DNA of 64,000 nucleotides from Opitutales bacterium (GTDB lineage Bacteria > Verrucomicrobiota > Verrucomicrobiia > Opitutales > UBA2987): positions 128,001 through 192,000 of the forward strand of contig CBDDEL010000015.1 in assembly GCA_965226885.1 (NCBI GenBank), given 5' to 3'. The notes under the pieces are model-generated. The model searched no databases and was not told the origin of the DNA. It saw only the letters and a list, made by a program, of their open reading frames with translations. A program made the translations under genes and the position numbers. Shown here one piece after another: positions 31,316 through 40,233 of the stretch (positions are counted from its first letter, which is position 1; each line of letters starts with the position of its first letter).

Positions 31316-32689
31316 ATGTCACACGCTCGCGAAACGAACTTCGATGGCTTGGTCGGCCCCACCCATAACTATGCCGGACTTTCGGTCGGTAATCTGGCTT
31401 CTATCGAACACAAGGCACGGACCTCAAATCCGCGCGCTGCCGCCTTGCAGGGTCTCAAAAAAATGAAATTCTTGGCCGATCTGGGCCTCCTTCAGGGCAT
31501 TCTGCCACCCCATGAACGCCCCTCAGTGGCCGCCCTGCGACAATTTGGATTCACCGGCCGTAGCGACGCCGATGTCATCGAGAAGGCCGCCCGGGAGGCA
31601 CCCGAACTGCTGGCGGCCTGTTCTTCCGCCTCTTTCATGTGGACCGCCAATGCCGCCACCTTTTCGCCATCGGCCGATTCTCTGGATGGGCGCGCCCATT
31701 TTACCCCGGCCAATCTCTGCAGCAAATTACATCGTTCTTTGGAAGCCGCTCAAACGGCCGTGACTATCAAAGCAATCTTTAACAACGACTCCCTCTTTAT
31801 CCATCACCCGCCCTTGAGCGGAGGCAGCGCCATGCGGGACGAGGGAGCCGCCAACCACACCCGCCTCTGTTCCTCCTACGGAGAACCGGGATTGCAGTTA
31901 TTTGTTTACGGAGATAACGCGCTGTCAACCATAGCCGATGGTCCGGCCCCGGCCAAATTCCCGGCCCGGCAAAGCCTGGAAGCGTCCCAGGCGGTGGCCC
32001 GGCTGCACCGGCTTTCCCCGCAACGAGTCCTCTTCGCCCGTCAAAATCCAGTCGCCATCGAAGCCGGCGTTTTCCACAACGACGTCATTTCGGTTGGGAA
32101 CCGTAATTGTTTCCTTTGCCATGAACAGGCTTTTTCCGACCAGAAGCAGGTCTTGAAGGATTTGCGCAATCGATTCGAAACCGTGTGCGGAGAACCCCTC
32201 CATTGCATCGAAGTGGCTGCCGCCGAAGTAAGTCTGGAAGCGGTGGTGGCCTCTTATCTTTTTAACTGCCAGTTGATCAGTTTGAGCGACCACTCGATGG
32301 CCCTCATTGCGCCCGTCGAATGCGAGCAGATACCGGAGGTAAATGCCTTTTTGCAAAGTCTCGCCGGAGACGCCGTTTGTCCCGTCAAAGAGGTGCATTT
32401 TTCCGATCTGCGAGAAAGCATGAGCAATGGCGGCGGCCCGGCCTGTTCAAGGCTGAGGGTGGTTCTCAATGAAATGGAAAGAGAGTCCCTTCCACCCGGA
32501 ATCTTCCTCAACGATGAAAATTACCCCCTGTTGGTGGATTGGGTGAACCGCCACTACCGCGAATCTCTAACCCCAAAAGACCTGGCCGATCCTTTACTGC
32601 TGGAAGAATGCCGCAATGCCCTCGACGAGATATGCAATATTATTGGAATTGGGCCGATCTATCCCTTTCAGGGCGCTACGGATGCCTAA
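31316..32689 (+). CDS. astB: N-succinylarginine dihydrolase
   Basis: NFDGLVGPTHNYAGLS, DEGAANH, GVFHNDVI and SMSNGGGPAC motifs. Confidence 0.95.
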   Translation: MSHARETNFDGLVGPTHNYAGLSVGNLASIEHKARTSNPRAAALQGLKKMKFLADLGLLQGILPPHERPSVAALRQFGFTGRSDADVIEKAAREAPELLAACSSASFMWTANAATFSPSADSLDGRAHFTPANLCSKLHRSLEAAQTAVTIKAIFNNDSLFIHHPPLSGGSAMRDEGAANHTRLCSSYGEPGLQLFVYGDNALSTIADGPAPAKFPARQSLEASQAVARLHRLSPQRVLFARQNPVAIEAGVFHNDVISVGNRNCFLCHEQAFSDQKQVLKDLRNRFETVCGEPLHCIEVAAAEVSLEAVVASYLFNCQLISLSDHSMALIAPVECEQIPEVNAFLQSLAGDAVCPVKEVHFSDLRESMSNGGGPACSRLRVVLNEMERESLPPGIFLNDENYPLLVDWVNRHYRESLTPKDLADPLLLEECRNALDEICNIIGIGPIYPFQGATDA

Positions 32690-33124
32690 AACATAACGGT
32701 CTTCAGTTCAGAATAAATAACCATTTGTCGCGGGCGGTCAACTCTTTGGAAAAGAAGAACTTCGATCAAATTTAAGCCTTCAAAAGAAGTCGAGACATGT
32801 CCCAATATATCCATGCCGGGTTATACTTTGGGGGTAATATTACGTTTTTTCCAAATGACGCGGTCAAATTCCGCCTTGGCAGGATTTTTGCCAAGTATTG
32901 ATGCCTCAAGTGGGCGGTATTGGGGAACTTTGATTGTATAAAATGATGCGTGTACGCATCTAAATAATTTAATAGGCGGCGTAATTGTTTTCAATTAGGC
33001 GGCAAAAATGACGCATATCATTTTGCTCCTTTTCAGACGTAACATTGTGATCCTGTTGTTCATCAAGGAATTACGAATATGATTGAATAAATCGGTCGAA
33101 AGGATAATGTGCATAATTGTCACG

Positions 33125-33153
33125 GCGTATTAGCCGCCTACATATAGTTATGC
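33125..33153 (+). other. Putative integron attI site
   Basis: TATTAGCCGCCTACATATA-GTTATGC with core GTTRRRY at 33147-33153. There is no upstream attC-type hairpin. GTTATGCGTTT is the reverse complement of AAACGCATAAC at the end of cassette 1. Confidence 0.6.
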
Positions 33154-33181
33154 GTTTTCCCAAAGGATCCTGGAACAAAAG

Positions 33182-34066
33182 ATGACAAAACCTAGCTTGT
33201 GTCTCCCGGTCCTCCTTCTGGCTCTCCTGAGGTTGCCTACGTATTCGCCTGCCGAAGAGAACATGGTCCTCTCCTCGGACGGCGTTCAGATTCATTTCGA
33301 CGTCCACGGAGAAGGATCACCTACCCTGGTATCACCTACCCTGGTTCTTGTACATGGCTGGAGCAACAATCGAACCTACTGGCAGCCGCATCTGACCCAT
33401 TTTTCAGAGAAATACAAGGTCGTCACGATTGACCTTGCGGGATTCGGCGAATCTGGAATTGATCGCGACGCTTGGACGATGGAGGCCTTTAGCGACGATT
33501 TGAAGGCCGTAGCGGAGAAACTGGATCTCGAACAGGTCGTATTGGTCGGTTTCTCGATGGGCGGCCCAGTGACTTTGGAGGCGGCGAAGCGAATGCCACA
33601 ACGGGTAATCGGCGTGGTTCTCGTGGACATACTGCAGGACATCGATGTTGAGTTGGATCAGGAACAGATCAATGCAATCGCTGATGACTTTCGTGAGAAT
33701 CTGCATGATAGTGCCTACCTCCGAACTGGAGCTTTTTCACCTGGTGCGGACGAGGGCCTAATCCAACGCTATATCGACAGTCATCCGGAAGTCTTCCCTG
33801 AGTACTGGTGGGAAGCATTCGATCAACTTTGTCATTGGATGAACGACAAGACTAAAGCCACACTCGTCGAAGTCTCGTCACCAATTGTGGCGATCAATTC
33901 CGATCAGAACCCGACCAATGTTGAGGCGTTTCGACGATATGCCCCTTCGTTCAAAGTCAGACTTATTCCAGACGTTGGGCATATCGGAGTTATTTGGGAA
34001 AATCCGGACCTCTTTCAACGGTTACTTGATGCGAGTGTTGAAGAATTCATAGACCAGATCGATTGA
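33182..34066 (+). CDS. Secreted alpha/beta hydrolase (integron cassette 1)
   Basis: Signal peptide; VHGW, DLAGFGES and GFSMGG nucleophile elbow; in-frame 15-bp duplication (SPTLV x2). Confidence 0.88.
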   Translation: MTKPSLCLPVLLLALLRLPTYSPAEENMVLSSDGVQIHFDVHGEGSPTLVSPTLVLVHGWSNNRTYWQPHLTHFSEKYKVVTIDLAGFGESGIDRDAWTMEAFSDDLKAVAEKLDLEQVVLVGFSMGGPVTLEAAKRMPQRVIGVVLVDILQDIDVELDQEQINAIADDFRENLHDSAYLRTGAFSPGADEGLIQRYIDSHPEVFPEYWWEAFDQLCHWMNDKTKATLVEVSSPIVAINSDQNPTNVEAFRRYAPSFKVRLIPDVGHIGVIWENPDLFQRLLDASVEEFIDQID

Positions 34067-34087
34067 CGGTGGCTGTTGAAAAGAAAC

Positions 34088-34178
34088 GCATAACACGTGG
34101 CTGCACCAGACGGCGGCCACAGTGTTTGCTTGAATCGACAAGGTGTGGCCGCCGCAGGTGAGCCACAAACCGTTATAC
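34088..34178 (+). mobile_element. attC site 1
   Basis: GCATAAC...GTGGCTGCACC-AGACGGCGGCCACA...TGTGGCCGCCGCAGGTGAGCCAC...GTTATAC; long hairpin with extrahelical bases. Confidence 0.9.
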
Positions 34179-34306
34179 CGCACAGGGCAACCGCCCGTCG
34201 GTCATTGAAGGCTGTTTATCTTTGAATGGAATCTCATTGATATGAAAATCGCGCATCGCCATATCCTAACAATGAACCACCCGACCCAATTCGCTAGTCT
34301 GCCACT

Positions 34307-35620
34307 ATGAAACAGCGCGACACGTTTTCGACGGACATTGGATTTGTGCTAGCCTGCGCGGGGTCCGCCATAGGATTGGGTAACTTGTGGATGTTTCCCT
34401 GGCGGCTCGGAGAATATGGAGGAGGAGCTTTTCTCCTACCTTATCTGCTCTTTGTCTATGTCTCGGGTATGACAGGGCTGATGGGCGAATTTGGCCTCGG
34501 CAGATGGGGCCAGAAGGGATCCATGGGTACGTTTGACAAGGTGCTCAAGACCAGAGGAAAATCGTTTGGAAGGTGGCTGGGAGCCTACCCAGTCTTCGCG
34601 GCGTGGGGCGTCTTGCTCTTCTATTCCATCGTTGCGGGCTGGGTCCTGCACTACGTCTTCGCATCGATCAGCGGTGCGTACTTTGAGGCCGATGAAGCGG
34701 GGGCTTACTTCAACCAGCTTGCAGGGCAGCCGCGCAGTATTTTTTGGCAGGCCCTGGCATTGGCACTCACACTAGGCGTGCTCATCTTGGGAATCACAAA
34801 GGGCATCGAGCGCGTTAGCAAAATCATTATGCCGATCCTGTTGGGTCTGTTTGTGTTGTTGACGATTCGTTCCGTGACCCTACCTGGGGCTCTGGAAGGC
34901 ATCAAATACATCTTCGTGCCCGATTGGTCCTATTTGTTGAAGCCCATCACTTGGGGAATGGCCCTTGGACAAGCGTTCTTCACGGTTTCCTTAAGCGGGT
35001 CGTCTATGGTGGTCTTCGGCAGCTACTTAGGGCGTGACGCCGACATCCCTGCATCGGCTTTTCGAACAGTGACGCTGGATACGATGGCTGCCCTGCTGGC
35101 CGCGCTCATGATTATGCCAGCCGTTTTCTCTTACGGCCTCGATCCGGCTGCCGGCCCCACATTGCTCTTTATTACCCTGCCGGAAATCTTTCGCGCCATG
35201 CCAGGGGGGCAATTCTTCGGGTTATTGTTCTTTGCAAGCATCTTCCTAGCTGCCATTTCCTCCCTGATTAGCATGAAGGAAGTGGTGGTGGAAGGCATTA
35301 TGGATCAGTTCCAATGGGGCCGTACAAAGAGCGTGGTGCTTGTCATGATGGCTTCCCTTGTTTGCGGTCTCCCGCTGGCTATTGATATGAGTTGGTTTAC
35401 CCGCTTCGTAAATCTAATCACCATCTACATTGCTCCAGCAGGTGCCATGGTGGCTGCCGTTGTATTTTTCTGGGTCTACGGCATCGATAAAGCTCGGCAG
35501 GAAATCAATATCGGTGCAAGAAAGCCGGTTGGGCGATGGTGGAATCCGGTGGCGAAATACGTCTTTGTTGGGATTGCAGTGCTGATCGTTGTTCTGCAAA
35601 TTGCCATCGGAATTGGATAA
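34307..35620 (+). CDS. Sodium-dependent transporter, neurotransmitter:sodium symporter (SNF/NSS) family (cassette 2)
   Basis: GSAIGLGNLWMFP, GGGAFL, ALGQAFFTVSL and AGPTLLFITLP motifs. Confidence 0.92.
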   Translation: MKQRDTFSTDIGFVLACAGSAIGLGNLWMFPWRLGEYGGGAFLLPYLLFVYVSGMTGLMGEFGLGRWGQKGSMGTFDKVLKTRGKSFGRWLGAYPVFAAWGVLLFYSIVAGWVLHYVFASISGAYFEADEAGAYFNQLAGQPRSIFWQALALALTLGVLILGITKGIERVSKIIMPILLGLFVLLTIRSVTLPGALEGIKYIFVPDWSYLLKPITWGMALGQAFFTVSLSGSSMVVFGSYLGRDADIPASAFRTVTLDTMAALLAALMIMPAVFSYGLDPAAGPTLLFITLPEIFRAMPGGQFFGLLFFASIFLAAISSLISMKEVVVEGIMDQFQWGRTKSVVLVMMASLVCGLPLAIDMSWFTRFVNLITIYIAPAGAMVAAVVFFWVYGIDKARQEINIGARKPVGRWWNPVAKYVFVGIAVLIVVLQIAIGIG

Positions 35621-35644
35621 AAAACGACCACTGCAAAATGGGCG

Positions 35645-35781
35645 GTATAACATACAAATTCACCCGACAAAGGGCTGCGCAGTTCTCTGGATTGGGTTAT
35701 GAGAAGTTTTTCAGGCATTTGGAGTCTATCTATTAAGTTAGGTGCTCTTCGCCCCTTTGCGGGTGATTTGGAGCGTTCGCA
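35645..35781 (+). mobile_element. attC site 2
   Basis: GTATAAC...CAAATTCACCCG-ACAAAGGG...CCCTTTGCGGGTGATTTG...GTTCGCA. Confidence 0.88.
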
Positions 35782-35798
35782 GCATGGAGTGACACAAC

Positions 35799-36662
35799 AT
35801 GACAGAGAATAGACTTACTAACCCCCTGATCGATGAACCAGGTATGTCAGATCCACACGTTCTGGTTATTGACGATGTCTGCTATCTGTTCACTGGTCAC
35901 GACGTTGGATTCGGCGTCAATGATTGGGTGATGCCGGACTGGTACATCTACCGCTCCGAAGACCTGCGCGCGTGGACCCACGTGGGGATAATAAGTCCCG
36001 CAGACAACTACATGGGCGCAGGCAACACCAATTGCTGGGCCGGCGATATCGTGGAACGGAACGGAGCCTACTACTGGTACTTCTCCAATCGCAATGAGAG
36101 TACAGGCGTCATGACGGCGTCGAAACCGGAAGGCCCGTATGTTGACGCTTTGGGGCACCCTCTTGTTCACTCCTTTGACCCCTCCATCTTCGTCGATGAT
36201 GACGGAACGCCTTACATTATCTATGGTGATTACGACTACAAGATTGCGCGACTCAAAGAGTCGATGACCGAGCTTGACGAAGAAGCAAGGACTATTTCTC
36301 TGGATCGCAAAGGCATATTCCCAAACACCGACAAGAATTCACTGCATAAGCACAACGGCATCCATTATCTGAGCTGCTCCGGGTACTACGCCACGTCACG
36401 GGAACTCCATGGGCCGTATGAGTATCAGGGGCTTGTGGGCACTGGATGGGGACTTGATACGGGATACGCTCATGGCGATTTCTTCAACTGGAAGGGGGAC
36501 TGGTACCACGTTTGGTGTAAGTACCGTGATCGCATTCACGACCGGATCCGAGATTGCTTCATTGCCCCGGTGATATATGAGCCAGATGGCTCTATGCGTG
36601 ACGACTTGGATCTTATCGACGACAAAGAAACTGCGAACAAGCCGGTTGCAGACGACGCTTGA
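35799..36662 (+). CDS. GH43-like glycoside hydrolase (cassette 3)
   Basis: SDPHV, CWAGD and FDPSIFVDDDG motifs; the stop codon lies inside attC3. Confidence 0.8.
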   Translation: MTENRLTNPLIDEPGMSDPHVLVIDDVCYLFTGHDVGFGVNDWVMPDWYIYRSEDLRAWTHVGIISPADNYMGAGNTNCWAGDIVERNGAYYWYFSNRNESTGVMTASKPEGPYVDALGHPLVHSFDPSIFVDDDGTPYIIYGDYDYKIARLKESMTELDEEARTISLDRKGIFPNTDKNSLHKHNGIHYLSCSGYYATSRELHGPYEYQGLVGTGWGLDTGYAHGDFFNWKGDWYHVWCKYRDRIHDRIRDCFIAPVIYEPDGSMRDDLDLIDDKETANKPVADDA

Positions 36663-36689
36663 CAGCGCGTCTGCACCGCGTCGTTATGC
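36632..36689 (+). mobile_element. attC site 3 (58 bp)
   Basis: TGCGAAC-AAGCCGGTTGCAGACGACGCT-TGAC-AGCGCGTCTGCACCGCGTC-GTTATGC. Confidence 0.9.
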
Positions 36690-36698
36690 GACAAAAAG

Positions 36699-37247
36699 AT
36701 GATCGAAGTTTCAGCGCCTAAGGTGTTCGTTCTCGAACGTATTCGTTTAAGGCGTCCGAAGGTTACTGATGCTCAGGCCATATTTGAGTACGGTAGTGAC
36801 CCGGAAGTTGCCCATTACGCCGCCTGGCCGATTCGGGCCAACATCGACAAACTCATTGAATCTTTACGTGAGCGTGCGGCATTGTGGGACGCGGGCACTG
36901 AATTCTCATGGGTGATCACAACAGCTGCAGAAGACCAAGCCATAGGTGGAGTGTCTTGTAAGATCGTTGGGGACTCTGCCGAAATTGGATTTCTTTTGAA
37001 CAGACACTACTGGTGCAATGGGTATGCGACCGAGGCCTCTGGGGCGATAATCGAGTGGGTGTTTTCCCTTCCGTCCGTGTCGAAAGTTTGGGCTACTTGT
37101 GATACTGAGAATATAGCGTCCATACGCGTTCTTGAAAAGCTCGGGTTCACACGAGAAGACACTTTGTACCGTGCGATTCTTAGACCACAAATATCAAGTG
37201 GACCACGAGATGCATTCATTTACTCTTGCACGCCCCCGATCGCCTAG
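36699..37247 (+). CDS. RimJ/RimL-type GNAT acetyltransferase (cassette 4)
   Basis: AEIGFLL...YWCNGYATEA...ENIASIRVLEKLGF. Confidence 0.88.
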   Translation: MIEVSAPKVFVLERIRLRRPKVTDAQAIFEYGSDPEVAHYAAWPIRANIDKLIESLRERAALWDAGTEFSWVITTAAEDQAIGGVSCKIVGDSAEIGFLLNRHYWCNGYATEASGAIIEWVFSLPSVSKVWATCDTENIASIRVLEKLGFTREDTLYRAILRPQISSGPRDAFIYSCTPPIA

Positions 37248-37276
37248 CAAGACGTGGCAGCACTCTGACGTTATTC
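37242..37276 (+). mobile_element. Degenerate, internally deleted attC 4
   Basis: TCGCCTAGC pairs with the cassette start GTTATGCGA with 2 mismatches; GTTATTC at 37270; hairpin missing. Confidence 0.45.
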
Positions 37277-37468
37277 ATGAAGCCCGATATAGGTTATTGG
37301 CTTTCTAAACCTGAATTCCATACAGATGGTTTCGGAGGCCAGGATCGGCATTTACGGCAGCTTGCAACTACCCATTCCTGCCAGCGGTGGTAACGAGCTG
37401 TACCCTCGATATTGTTTCCAAGTTGTACATTGAATGATGGCTGGTTTTTCTGGAAAATAAGCCTGCCC

Positions 37469-38182
37469 ATGATACCTCCTAATTCTTTTTGGGCCGATGT
37501 ATTTGCCAATATTGGCACCCCGGCGCTGGCAGACGCTTGTTTGCGGTTGAAGGTTCCTTTGCGTTTGGCCCCGCCTGGTTTGAAACCGCTGTTCTCTGAA
37601 TGCCGGATGGCGGGGAAGGTCCTTCCCGCACAGCATTATGGAAGTGTCGACGTCTTCATGGAAGCGATGTGCGGAGCGGAACAAGGAGATATTCTTGTCA
37701 TCGACAACGGCGGCAGGCGGGATGAAGGATGTATCGGCGATCTGATCGCCCTTGAAGCCCAAACCCAAGGATTGGCCGGTATAGTCGTTTGGGGCGTTCA
37801 CCGCGACACCCCTGAGCTGCTCCGGATAAAATTACCCATCTTCAGTCTGGGCGCTTACCCCGCCGGGCCGGTTGAAGTTCGCCCCCCATCGGCCGGTGTC
37901 CTTGAATTCGCCAGTATGGGGAGTTTTTCCGTGGACCGGGAAGATATTGTATTTGCCTATGAGGATGGGGCTTTATTTCTGAAAAGCCAGGAAGCGGGCC
38001 AGGTTGTAAGAACTGCCCGCGAAATAAGCGGCAAAGAAAAGAAGCCGGCTAAATTAATAATCGAAGGCACTACCTTGCAGAAACAGCTTAAATTTGCCGA
38101 ATACCTCGAAACGCGATCCGCCAATTCCGGATACACCTTTCGTCAGCATTTGCGAACCATTGGCGGCGAAATCGAGGAATAG
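37469..38182 (+). CDS. RraA-family / HMG aldolase-like protein
   Basis: TPALADACLR, GSVDVF, LVIDNGGRRDEGCIGDL and VWGVHRDT motifs. Confidence 0.82.
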   Translation: MIPPNSFWADVFANIGTPALADACLRLKVPLRLAPPGLKPLFSECRMAGKVLPAQHYGSVDVFMEAMCGAEQGDILVIDNGGRRDEGCIGDLIALEAQTQGLAGIVVWGVHRDTPELLRIKLPIFSLGAYPAGPVEVRPPSAGVLEFASMGSFSVDREDIVFAYEDGALFLKSQEAGQVVRTAREISGKEKKPAKLIIEGTTLQKQLKFAEYLETRSANSGYTFRQHLRTIGGEIEE

Positions 38183-38318
38183 TCGGCGGCTGCCTATTAT
38201 CGGGATATTTAGTTTGTAAGAAGATGGGCTCCTCCGCTTAATTACCCCAACAGTTAGAAAAAAATTGGGGAAACCTTCCCCTCTAAATTGAATTATAATA
38301 AATAATACCGGAGAGGGG

Positions 38319-39395
38319 TTGGAAAGAGGGCATATAAGATATCGGGCGCTTTATGGCATGGTCTTGACAGCCGTCATTTCCTTCCTCGCCCTTAAACTGA
38401 GCGAGGCGCCGGTTTGGCCATTTGCCATTGAGGGAGGGCGGCATCCTCTGGGCTTGGTTATTCTATCAATCCTGATAGGTTTGTCTCTGGGCAATGCCGT
38501 CAGGCTGCCGGTATTATTCCAACCCGGTATAAAAGCTTCGGTTGCCAAATTGCTTCCCCTCGGGGTGATTTTACTGGGAGCAAGACTCAATTTTGGCGAT
38601 TTGCTCTCTGTGGGTATTATCGGTCTCTTGCTTAGCGCTTGCGAAGTCGCTTTTGCCCTAGTATTGTTTTATTACCTGACCCAGAAGTTTAAGTTGTCCC
38701 GCAACCAGGGATTGTTGCTAGGTGTGGGCACCGCAATCTGCGGGGGGACCGCCATCGTTGCCATCGCCCCCATTATCAAGGCACGAGACAACGAGGTGAT
38801 TATCGGTGTGGCCACGGTTACTTTGTTAGGTTTGATCAGCATGTTGCTCATGCCGGTTATTGGAGCCGTATTTAATCTCGATTCCCGATCGTTCGGCATC
38901 TGGACTGGCTTGACCATTCATCAAACTCCGCAAGTGATCGCGGCCGGATTCGCCCATAGCATTGAAGCGGGAGAAACCGCTACCATCATCAAACTGGCCC
39001 GGGTTTGCCTCCTTGCCCCGGTGGCATTCCTGATCAGTCTTTATTATCAGAGAACAGAGCAAACTACCGATTCGGTCCGGCTGACCCTGCGCCAATATTT
39101 TGGGATGATTCCTTTGTTTATCATTGGCTTTCTCGCTATGGCCTCTGCCCGAACCCTGGGATTTCTTCCCCAAGTGCAATTGCCGGGGCCCGGATCAATT
39201 CATATCGAATTTTCTTTGCAGTCCGCCTCCGCCGCCGGAGCCAAATGGTGTCTGGCCATGGCAATGGCCGGTGTCGGCTTGGAAACCCGTTTGGCGGACT
39301 TAAGAAAAACCAGCCTGAATCCCTTCCTTGCGACCGCGATTGGAACACTCCTCATCGCATTGCTTGGACTGGCCGTGGCCATATTGGCGCCATAA
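38319..39395 (+). CDS. YeiH/UPF0324 putative sulfate exporter family membrane protein
   Basis: GVGTAICGGTAI, WTGLTIHQTPQV and KLARVCLL motifs. Confidence 0.88.
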   Translation: MERGHIRYRALYGMVLTAVISFLALKLSEAPVWPFAIEGGRHPLGLVILSILIGLSLGNAVRLPVLFQPGIKASVAKLLPLGVILLGARLNFGDLLSVGIIGLLLSACEVAFALVLFYYLTQKFKLSRNQGLLLGVGTAICGGTAIVAIAPIIKARDNEVIIGVATVTLLGLISMLLMPVIGAVFNLDSRSFGIWTGLTIHQTPQVIAAGFAHSIEAGETATIIKLARVCLLAPVAFLISLYYQRTEQTTDSVRLTLRQYFGMIPLFIIGFLAMASARTLGFLPQVQLPGPGSIHIEFSLQSASAAGAKWCLAMAMAGVGLETRLADLRKTSLNPFLATAIGTLLIALLGLAVAILAP

Positions 39396-39409
39396 AAAAG
39401 TATAATTCC

Positions 39410-40099
39410 TTAGGGAGCGGTCAGTGCTTTTCCGTTATCACCAGGCTTGATGCTGGCCAGGAAAGGCACGGCCGCTTCCGCCCATTCTTCCGGTGTTGAA
39501 TTACCCCCGGCGGCGGCCCCGAAGGCGCTGCGGAGCATCTCCGTGTCAATGATTCCGGGATTGAGGGCGACCACAGCCATGCCGCTTGGCAATTCCTGAG
39601 CCAGGGCCTGCGTCAGCCCCTCGACAGCCCATTTGGTGGCGCAATAAGGGGCCACTTCGGGCGAGGTGGACCTGCCCCAGCCGGAGCTGAAGTTGACGAT
39701 GATGCCTTCGCCCCCAGCGATCATGGCGGGAACAAAATGCCGGATGATGGCGGCAGTCCCCTTGATATTCACATCCACCACATGGGAGAACTCCTCCTCC
39801 GGCACCTCCCACAAAACCGCATTCTTGTTAATGACCCCGGCATTGTTGAGCAGAAGTCCCGGCGTTCCTATATCGTTGAGCACACTTTGGGCAAAGGCCG
39901 ACACACTGGTATCCGATGCAACGTCCAGCACATAAAACCGGTGACCCTCTGCGCCCAAAGATTTATTCAAATTTTCAATTACCCCAGCAGAACGCCCTCC
40001 GCCCGCCACCTTATAGCCGCGCTTGGCAAAACCGTGCGCCATGGCCAGTCCCAAGCCACGGGTGCAGCCCGTCAGGCAAACAATTTTTTCGCTTTCCAT
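39410..40099 (-). CDS. Short-chain dehydrogenase/reductase
   Basis: TGCTRGLG, NNAG and YCATK motifs. Confidence 0.9.
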   Translation of the reverse strand: MESEKIVCLTGCTRGLGLAMAHGFAKRGYKVAGGGRSAGVIENLNKSLGAEGHRFYVLDVASDTSVSAFAQSVLNDIGTPGLLLNNAGVINKNAVLWEVPEEEFSHVVDVNIKGTAAIIRHFVPAMIAGGEGIIVNFSSGWGRSTSPEVAPYCATKWAVEGLTQALAQELPSGMAVVALNPGIIDTEMLRSAFGAAAGGNSTPEEWAEAAVPFLASIKPGDNGKALTAP

Positions 40100-40233
40100 G
40101 TAAATGTGCTATCGTCAAGCCATACAGAATTCAACCGGAAAAGAAACGGTGTTGCATTTTACCCGGTAAAATCTAAATTGATGCCACTCCTGATTATATT
40201 TCAACTCAGGCATAATTCAAAAATCCGCATATT

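Noticed and set aside
32690..33120. Remnant of an integron integrase gene
   Set aside because: The short frames show no tyrosine-recombinase motifs.
37277..39395. RraA and YeiH genes as further integron cassettes
   Set aside because: No attC-like hairpin or complementary cassette ends were found after either gene.
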